Sequence record: OP310983.1
Strand: one strand, 5' to 3'
Length of the DNA stretch: 64,000 bases
This document shows positions 57,482 to 64,000 of the stretch, in pieces. The notes under the pieces were generated by a model. That model had not been told where the DNA came from. It saw only the letters and a list, made by a program, of their open reading frames with translations, and ran no database searches. Position 1 is the stretch's first letter; every line of letters begins with the position of its first letter. A program made the translations under genes and the position numbers.

Positions 57482-59974
57482 ATGCAGATCAAGCTACTTA
57501 AGCTAATTGGCTATACTAGGTTGATGGCCAATAATACACATTATTTTGAATGGACTCCAAGCAAACAGATGATGGTTATACTTGGTAGTAATGGTTCTGG
57601 CAAATCATCTATTATTAGTGAACTGACACCTGTTGTATCTAGCAGTTCAAACTTCAAGCAAGGTGGCGAGAAACATTTCCATTGTCATGCAAATGGTAAA
57701 GACTATAAATTAATTTCTAAATATAACCGTGGCACTGGACATCATTCCTTTTTATGTAATGATGAAGAATTAAATAGTGGTCATACCTTTAAAGAACAAG
57801 AAGAACTTGTAATGGCGCATTTCGGGTTAAACCGAGAACTGCATGAAATGTTGACAGGTAAGATGCGTTTTACAAAGTTAAAACCTAATGAACGTAAAGC
57901 ATGGTTAACTAGAATGTCTGTAGTTAACCTTGATTATGCATTTAATGTTTATAACAAAGTACGTAAAGAATTATCTAACCAGCAAGGTACTGTTAAAACA
58001 ATTAATAAGCGATTGGTCACAGAACACCATGGGGTATTGAATGATTCAGAAATGACACAGTTGAAAGAAGTGAAACAACGGTTAGTTAGTCGTATTGATT
58101 TACTTTATAAAACACGTGATAAGAAAGGTGTCCTTCATTTTAGAGATGAAACCACTGCACGTAAAGAATTAGATTCTATCTTAGATGAAGCTCGTTCATT
58201 GTTAATGTCATTTCCAATGTTACCTATTCAAGTTAAAGTAGATGGGTATGAATCTTTCTTAGAACTAAATAATAAGAAGATTGAAGAATATAAATCTATA
58301 CAAGCAGTTATTGCACGTTTAGTTGAAGAATTAGAAGAATTAAAAAGCTCTAATCCGAATACAGCTGAACGTATGTCTCCAGAAGAAATACAAGAACTTA
58401 AGGACAGACATGAACATCATACACGCATTGCTGAAGAAGCTATTAGTAAATATAAGAAGTATACCGGTAGATTTCCTTTGGTTGACATTTCTGTTAACGG
58501 TGATCCATCTGGTAAACTTACTGATCTCTCAGATCGTTGGATCAAACTTCTCACTACATTTCCTAATAATGAGAATGGTTACTTAAGTAAAGAAACTGCT
58601 ATTAAAAATGCAGAAAGGCTAAAAGAATTAAAAAGTAAATACTCAACCATGGAAGGCATGTATTTACAAATTAATCAACGCCTAAATTCATTTAAGGAAT
58701 GCGCATCTATTACTTGCCCATCATGCACTCATTCATTTAAACCTGGTGTTAGTGAACAAGATATCACAATAGCAGAAGAGCGCAAAGCTAAGTTAGATGA
58801 AGCGATGGATAGCTGTTCAAATGAGATCAAGGTTCTTGAACAGTACATGACTGACTTCAATGAATATGTAAGTTATGTACATGGCTACGTTCAATTAACG
58901 AAAGAGTATAACGAATTTGATACATTATGGAACTATGTAGCTGAACATGTCGTAATGTATCGCACACCAGCAAAATATATAAATGATGCATTAGACTGGC
59001 GAGATGCAATGCAGCAACTCATTGTCTCTAAGCAAGCTCATGCGGAAGCTACTTTATTAGCTCAACGACTACGTGTTATTGCTGAGATGGATCAAGATGC
59101 ATTAGGGTTCATTAAGGCACGTACAACTGCACTAGAAACTGAAATTAATAATAAAACACATGTAGCAGCTGACTTACAAAGAAAAGCATCTCATTTCAAT
59201 AAAGCTGGTAATGCTATTCGTGAATGGGAAGATAAGTATCATTCTTTTATTGAACGATGGGAGCAGTTTATTAAAAAGATAGTGGATACAGCTGATAACT
59301 TTGTAGATAAGGCATACCAAGCAGAGATTGATGCTGTTAACTTAGAACTATCTAGTGTGCATAGTCGTTTAAGTGAAATGGAACGTCATGAAGAACGTAT
59401 TAAAGTTTTAGAATCAGAAGTTAACCATGCACAACAAATGGCTACTGATTTAGCTATTCTTGAAAAAGCATTATCACCAAAAAGTGGTATTCTTGGTCGC
59501 TATTTATTAGGTTTCTTACAAGGAGTAGTTAAACTAGTAAATGCATACATCAATGAGATTTGGACTTATAGGTTAGAAGTATTACCTTCTAATGTTGACA
59601 AAGATGGCATGGATTATAAGTTCCCAATGCATATTGCAGGTGGTGACGTTCAGCCACCGGACATTGAATACGGGTCTGACTCACAATTAGAGATTGTTGA
59701 TTTTGCTTTTAGAATGGCTATCTTGAAATTTTTACATCTAGATGACATGCCCCTTTTCTTAGATGAATTTAGCAGGACTTTTGATGAACAACATCGAGCC
59801 AATGCTATTCCATTCATTAACAGGTTAATTGAAAATGGCATTGTTAATCAAGTGTTCTTCATCAGCCACTTTGAATCAACACACGGTGCATTTAACCAAG
59901 CTGAATTTATTGTACTTGATCCAGCTAATATTAGTACTCCAGAAGTATTTAATAAAAATCTAGTATTAAAATAA
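57482..59974 (+). CDS. sbcC: SbcC/Rad50-like ABC ATPase (gp165)
   Basis: GSNGSGKS Walker A, long coiled coils, CPSC zinc hook, LFLDE Walker B, FFISH H-loop. Confidence 0.9.
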   Translation: MQIKLLKLIGYTRLMANNTHYFEWTPSKQMMVILGSNGSGKSSIISELTPVVSSSSNFKQGGEKHFHCHANGKDYKLISKYNRGTGHHSFLCNDEELNSGHTFKEQEELVMAHFGLNRELHEMLTGKMRFTKLKPNERKAWLTRMSVVNLDYAFNVYNKVRKELSNQQGTVKTINKRLVTEHHGVLNDSEMTQLKEVKQRLVSRIDLLYKTRDKKGVLHFRDETTARKELDSILDEARSLLMSFPMLPIQVKVDGYESFLELNNKKIEEYKSIQAVIARLVEELEELKSSNPNTAERMSPEEIQELKDRHEHHTRIAEEAISKYKKYTGRFPLVDISVNGDPSGKLTDLSDRWIKLLTTFPNNENGYLSKETAIKNAERLKELKSKYSTMEGMYLQINQRLNSFKECASITCPSCTHSFKPGVSEQDITIAEERKAKLDEAMDSCSNEIKVLEQYMTDFNEYVSYVHGYVQLTKEYNEFDTLWNYVAEHVVMYRTPAKYINDALDWRDAMQQLIVSKQAHAEATLLAQRLRVIAEMDQDALGFIKARTTALETEINNKTHVAADLQRKASHFNKAGNAIREWEDKYHSFIERWEQFIKKIVDTADNFVDKAYQAEIDAVNLELSSVHSRLSEMERHEERIKVLESEVNHAQQMATDLAILEKALSPKSGILGRYLLGFLQGVVKLVNAYINEIWTYRLEVLPSNVDKDGMDYKFPMHIAGGDVQPPDIEYGSDSQLEIVDFAFRMAILKFLHLDDMPLFLDEFSRTFDEQHRANAIPFINRLIENGIVNQVFFISHFESTHGAFNQAEFIVLDPANISTPEVFNKNLVLK

Positions 59975-59983
59975 TTATAAGCA

Positions 59984-60016
59984 ACATAAGCCCTCCCGCA
60001 ATGGGAGGGCATTATA
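59984..60016. terminator. bidirectional terminator
   Basis: ACATAA-GCCCTCCC-gcaat-GGGAGGGC-ATTATA. Confidence 0.8.
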
Positions 60017-60193
60017 TTAGTAACTATCTTTATAAGTGCTATTAAGTGAAACACTTTCAAAACTCTTTTTATTTTTATCAGCCTCAACAAAGTCTTTACC
60101 AACTGATTGTGGTACACCAACTTTCTTAGCAAACTTCTTATCATTGGCTACAGCAGCCATGAAGTTATGTTGTTTTTTACTTTTACTAGGCAT
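60017..60193 (-). CDS. 58-aa basic protein, MPSxSKKQHNFMAAVA family (not in ORF track)
   Basis: MPSKSKKQHNFMAAVANDKKFAKKVGVPQSVGKDFVEADKNKKSFESVSLNSTYKDSY*; GAGGA SD; motif recalled from many phages. Confidence 0.8.
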   Translation of the reverse strand: MPSKSKKQHNFMAAVANDKKFAKKVGVPQSVGKDFVEADKNKKSFESVSLNSTYKDSY

Positions 60194-60224
60194 CGTATAT
60201 TCCTCTAAGTTTTCACAACTATAC

Positions 60225-60255
60225 TAAAAAATAATTAAGATATATATTACTACTA
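60225..60255 (+). promoter_or_regulatory. early promoter
   Basis: TATATTAC at 60243-60250 with upstream A-tract. Confidence 0.7.
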
Positions 60256-60284
60256 TGCATACAATATCTTAAGAGGTTAATGAC

Positions 60285-60680
60285 ATGTTTAATCAACAAT
60301 ATAATCCAAATAGTTCAGCTAAGGTAATGGAGACATTACATGCCTGTGCTAAACTTATTAAGGAAATGTTTTATTATAATGATCAATATGTTCAAGTAGA
60401 ATCGGCTTATACAGATGATCCAATCCAAGCATCCATTGAAACAGTAAATGATGGGTATTACAGATTAGTTATTCAAGACACCACACCAGATAGTACGTGG
60501 CCAGTGTGGGCAGTTGTTTTTATCAGACAACGTGGTGGAGATATTAAGTGTCTCCATATTATCAATCGTATTACTGGAGTATCTGCAAATATAGATACGC
60601 AATTCAACTGTGATTCTTTTTACTCTGTTATTGATTTACTATTAGATCATTATCGAGTATTAACTTCGATGGAATACTGA
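60285..60680 (+). CDS. early hypothetical protein
   Basis: GAGGT SD; downstream of early promoter. Confidence 0.75.
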   Translation: MFNQQYNPNSSAKVMETLHACAKLIKEMFYYNDQYVQVESAYTDDPIQASIETVNDGYYRLVIQDTTPDSTWPVWAVVFIRQRGGDIKCLHIINRITGVSANIDTQFNCDSFYSVIDLLLDHYRVLTSMEY

Positions 60681-60683
60681 TAT

Positions 60684-60720
60684 ACATATTACCCTCTCCT
60701 TCGGGAGGGGGTTTATATCG
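60684..60720 (+). terminator. intrinsic terminator
   Basis: ACCCTCTCC-ttcg-GGAGGGGGT-TTAT. Confidence 0.75.
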
Positions 60721-60735
60721 CATTAATTTTTTTTA

Positions 60736-60769
60736 TTACACTAAAAAAAGTTTAAGATCTATATTACAG
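60736..60769 (+). promoter_or_regulatory. early promoter (near-duplicate of 9021-9054)
   Basis: TTACACTAAAAAAAGTTTAAGATCTATATTACAG; TATATTAC at 60760-60767. Confidence 0.8.
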
Positions 60770-60822
60770 ACATGTATCTATATTGGATACTTATTAAAAC
60801 TTAATGATTAGGAAAATAGAAA

Positions 60823-61029
60823 ATGAAAGTACTAAAGATCGCAGCTGCAATTATCTCAACTGGTGCCCTCGCTGTTGCCGCTATTAATCTATATAAGGCC
60901 GTTTCTAAATCAACCGTTATTGATGACACCGTAGCTGATGATGATACGGTACTAGACAGTGAAGTAGATATTCTAACTGATGAGCTAGATAAAATCGATA
61001 TTGATGATAGTGCTCAACAAGTCGATTAA
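60823..61029 (+). CDS. small early protein, N-terminal hydrophobic anchor plus acidic tail
   Basis: IAAAIISTGALAVAAINLY; D-rich C-terminus. Confidence 0.75.
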   Translation: MKVLKIAAAIISTGALAVAAINLYKAVSKSTVIDDTVADDDTVLDSEVDILTDELDKIDIDDSAQQVD

Positions 61030-61047
61030 ATAATAGGGTTATCGCTA

Positions 61048-61476
61048 ATGGCGGCATTCACTTTAGCAAACTTAATGGGTGAGCTAAAGAAGAGTTCCGT
61101 CATTGACTTATTCAACGATGGAAAGGTCAAGGCAGAACTCTATCCAGCTCATATGACATATATGGGTAGTGTGGTTGACTTACATCGTGTAGGCGATACA
61201 TTCAGCTTCTATGTTGCAGATGGACATGGAGGCGTCACACGCTATCCATGTAGTAATCAGATTCTTGAATCGATAACATTAGAACCAGATGTTTATTATA
61301 AGTTAACTGGTAAAAAAGTTATTGAGAAAAGAATTGAATTACCAGCTGTTACAGTACCAATTGAAGAACCCGCTAAGCGCATGCCGCTGGAAACAATCAC
61401 ATCAGTTGCTGTTATTGGCGGGTTTATTTTGTACGTTGGTACACGGTTTTATAAAGCATGTAAAAAATTAAAATAA
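61048..61476 (+). CDS. early protein with C-terminal TM helix
   Basis: ITSVAVIGGFILYVGTRFYKACKKLK. Confidence 0.75.
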   Translation: MAAFTLANLMGELKKSSVIDLFNDGKVKAELYPAHMTYMGSVVDLHRVGDTFSFYVADGHGGVTRYPCSNQILESITLEPDVYYKLTGKKVIEKRIELPAVTVPIEEPAKRMPLETITSVAVIGGFILYVGTRFYKACKKLK

Positions 61477-61483
61477 TACGGTC

Positions 61484-62182
61484 ATGCAGTATACTTTAGG
61501 TACAATAACCCTAGAGGAAACTGCAATGGCCGTATTAGACCGTCAATTTAATATTCGTTTAAATGGTGCTGATTTAGATAAACAAAAGCGAATTATTAAA
61601 GAAATTTATACCAGGATTGCAAATGTGAATAACACAGTAATCAATGGTACTACTGTAAGACTGATTTTATTTGTTAAAGCTAATGGCCAAGTGGCTACTG
61701 GAAGCGATGCTATTAAACTAATCAACGATGCAGAAACTAATCTACAGGCGTGGGTTCTTTCTAATCGCTTTATCTTTAAATGGATGTTTAGCCATGCTAG
61801 TGATTTTGGTGCAATCTCTTCCAATTTTGAAGAAGTTTCACCAGGTGTTTATGATTGGAGTAAACGCCGTAGCTTTAATAAAGAATTTGATGATGAGCTA
61901 GCTAAAGCAAAAGAACGAAAACTAATTCGTCAAAATAAACCTACTCTATTTAAAACTATTAAGAAAGTAGGTAAAGCTGCATATGAAACTATTTCAGATA
62001 ACTCAACTGCAATCGTAAGTTTAACTGCTATTGGACTATTAGCTCTTAAAGTAACATCTGATCATAATCAAGTTATTAACCAAATGAATGTTATTAAGAA
62101 ATCAATTGGTAATATTGAGCTACCACCTGTTGAAGTAATCGTAAATACAGTTGGTGATGTATTAGATATCGATTTGTATTAA
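61484..62182 (+). CDS. early protein with C-proximal hydrophobic segment
   Basis: STAIVSLTAIGLLALKV; start may be MAVLDR after GAGGA. Confidence 0.7.
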   Translation: MQYTLGTITLEETAMAVLDRQFNIRLNGADLDKQKRIIKEIYTRIANVNNTVINGTTVRLILFVKANGQVATGSDAIKLINDAETNLQAWVLSNRFIFKWMFSHASDFGAISSNFEEVSPGVYDWSKRRSFNKEFDDELAKAKERKLIRQNKPTLFKTIKKVGKAAYETISDNSTAIVSLTAIGLLALKVTSDHNQVINQMNVIKKSIGNIELPPVEVIVNTVGDVLDIDLY

Positions 62183-62184
62183 GT

Positions 62185-62220
62185 GCATAACGCCCTCCCA
62201 TTACGGGAGGGCTATATGTC
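62185..62220. terminator. bidirectional terminator
   Basis: GCATAAC-GCCCTCCC-attac-GGGAGGGC-TATATG. Confidence 0.8.
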
Positions 62221-62227
62221 GTTAATA

Positions 62228-62743
62228 TCAATCGTTTTCTAATTCTTTTTCTCGTGCAGCATCCATCCGCTCCATAAATGCATTGGATTCCTCCATGATG
62301 ATACCGATTTCAGTTTCACCTTCTTCAATAGTGTAATTCTCAAATTCCTCATCAGGAATATCTGGAATCTCACGTGGTGTTGCAGGGACATCATTCGGAT
62401 CACGTATTAATGGATTACGGTTCATTTGCATCTTAACGAATTCAGCAAAGCCTTCAGCAAGTTCACGGTTAGAGCGTGCACCCTCAGAATCAACTTGAAT
62501 ACGACGGTTAGCAATTGTTGTCTTATCCATTGAATCTGTTAATTTAAGAATCATATCAACTGATTCTTTATCAGTAGGTACTTTACCAGTTGTATTTTCT
62601 AATACAGCTTTTAGTACTTTCTCTTTAACTGATTGTGTATACCGTATCTGCTGCTCATATTCTAGATCAGCATATACCTTTTCTTCTGTAGTTGATGATT
62701 TCTTTTCTAAAGGCTCATCAGATAAATCTGCACCATGGAACAT
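62228..62743 (-). CDS. hypothetical acidic protein
   Basis: GAGGA SD; 171 aa. Confidence 0.75.
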   Translation of the reverse strand: MFHGADLSDEPLEKKSSTTEEKVYADLEYEQQIRYTQSVKEKVLKAVLENTTGKVPTDKESVDMILKLTDSMDKTTIANRRIQVDSEGARSNRELAEGFAEFVKMQMNRNPLIRDPNDVPATPREIPDIPDEEFENYTIEEGETEIGIIMEESNAFMERMDAAREKELEND

Positions 62744-62822
62744 TTTATTATCCTCTAATTAGTAATAGTAATACCTAACATACTTACCATATGCTAAGTA
62801 TCTGAAAAATAGGTCCTATATC

Positions 62823-63347
62823 ATGTTTAAGAAACTTATTCAATATTTCCGGGGCTTCCAAAAGGAAGTTGGTAAAGAACAACTTCTAACTGAATTAGAA
62901 CGGATAGATAAAGATATTATTTCAGGTGAAGAACGATTAAAAGCTATTAATAATTTCTGGCAATTAATTAATCTGGATGAATTAAAAACTCTGACCATCA
63001 GGAAGATGATAGGTGTTCCTGTCTATCTAAGACATTACAGTATTGGTTATTTATTAGATGCTCTAACTAGGTTAAATGATCATATTGCAAATGAAGATGA
63101 TCTAAAGATTAGTGAAATGTGTCGTACTGAGTTTATCGACAGGAAATCAATTGACCTTGATGAATATTTTATAAACAGTAATGATAGTTTTATTGATGTA
63201 TGTAAATCTATTGAAACTATGCGTGACTTAATTTGGCAACAAACTGAATATCTTGAACAGATTAACCATCAAGCATATCAGCGCCAGATGGATAGAATGT
63301 ACTATGATATTATTGAACTATCAAGAGCAATTATTAAGTTACTATGA
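62823..63347 (+). CDS. hypothetical protein
   Basis: TAGGT SD; 174 aa helical. Confidence 0.75.
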   Translation: MFKKLIQYFRGFQKEVGKEQLLTELERIDKDIISGEERLKAINNFWQLINLDELKTLTIRKMIGVPVYLRHYSIGYLLDALTRLNDHIANEDDLKISEMCRTEFIDRKSIDLDEYFINSNDSFIDVCKSIETMRDLIWQQTEYLEQINHQAYQRQMDRMYYDIIELSRAIIKLL

Positions 63348-63418
63348 GGTGCAGACTATACAAGTATAAATTAATATAAAGTGTGTTTATTATCAATTCA
63401 CCGTAGGTGTAAAAAAAG

Positions 63419-64000
63419 ATGGAATCTGTAAAAGACTTATTAAGCGATCCTCAAAAAGGATTAAGGCAGGCAGAAGGGGTTTTGTGTTATGTTTTCCGGG
63501 AAGTACTACTGTGGCGTAATATGACACAGTTTGCTTGGGATAAACGTTTGAATGCATACTTTCAAAAACCACATAACAAGAATAACCCAGATAAAGGTAA
63601 TCTTAATAAAGCACTTAAAGCTGATACAATGAGTTGGGATGGCTTTAAGAAAGCTATTGATTTCTTATCACCTGTTAAAGCAACATTAGAGGTACGTCTG
63701 ATTTGGGGTACATCAAAACCTGATTCAGTTTATACGATCAATATCGATCCAACTGAAGATGAGGTAACTTGCTCTGCAAATGATTTCCCCTATGAAGAAT
63801 GTGAAATTTTTAAGAATCAAAAACCAGCTACAACTACAATGGCCCATCTGTATAGGCATATTCTCTGGAAAGAAGGAATTAACCAGGAGAAGTGGGATAA
63901 GCTATGGGAAGAGTTTTTAAATAATCCAGTCAACCTTGTAGGATTGGATAAAAAGAAACTTACCTCATTGGCTAATACACAAAGGCGTGGTTTACTATCG
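63419..64000 (+). CDS. hypothetical protein, truncated by window end, with internal two-fold repeat
   Basis: MESVKDLLSDPQKG... open to 64000; segments LCYVFREVLLWRNMTQFAWDKRL and MAHLYRHILWKEGINQEKWDKLW. Confidence 0.7.
   Translation, partial: MESVKDLLSDPQKGLRQAEGVLCYVFREVLLWRNMTQFAWDKRLNAYFQKPHNKNNPDKGNLNKALKADTMSWDGFKKAIDFLSPVKATLEVRLIWGTSKPDSVYTINIDPTEDEVTCSANDFPYEECEIFKNQKPATTTMAHLYRHILWKEGINQEKWDKLWEEFLNNPVNLVGLDKKKLTSLANTQRRGLLS

Noticed and set aside
60036-60227. 63-aa plus-strand ORF
   Set aside because: Antisense to the better-supported 58-aa minus-strand gene
63345-63375. Readthrough of another TGA stop
   Set aside because: Only about 8 codons follow, with no motif or hairpin, unlike gp120

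Overview
This 64 kb window is AT-rich, gene-dense phage DNA that I recognise from memory (no search run) as Pseudomonas jumbo phage phiKZ or a near-identical relative, covering roughly gp10x-gp172. The recognition rests on the 260-aa KZ144 endolysin sequence, the 747-aa major capsid protein gp120, the 771-aa gp131, the 1093-aa gp146, and a gene order that matches phiKZ numbering. The window holds a left block of small accessory genes, a ~550 bp hairpin-rich non-coding gap, a DnaB-like helicase, the major capsid gene, split RNA polymerase subunits (nvRNAP gp123, vRNAP gp149), the portal, baseplate/tail-fibre paralogues, RuvC, a lysis cassette (overlapped i/o-spanins, candidate holin, endolysin), collagen-like fibres, UvsX, RNase H, inner-head proteins, the spike plus PAAR tip, SbcC and an early-promoter block. 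I saw no tRNA, rRNA, CRISPR array, intron or IS element. The strongest unexplained signal is just after the major capsid gene. Its UGA stop is followed in frame by a 26-codon extension (AGKGYRYLENGTIRYLEDGNARKLEE*), by a ~23-bp RNA hairpin starting ~10 nt downstream, and only then by the terminator. The same R-[YL]-L-E-[ND]-G repeat, with 17 identical nucleotides, ends ORF 34082-34615. This points to programmed stop-codon readthrough producing a tagged capsid subunit (inference, testable by proteomics). gp numbers follow phiKZ gene order and are less certain for unnamed ORFs.
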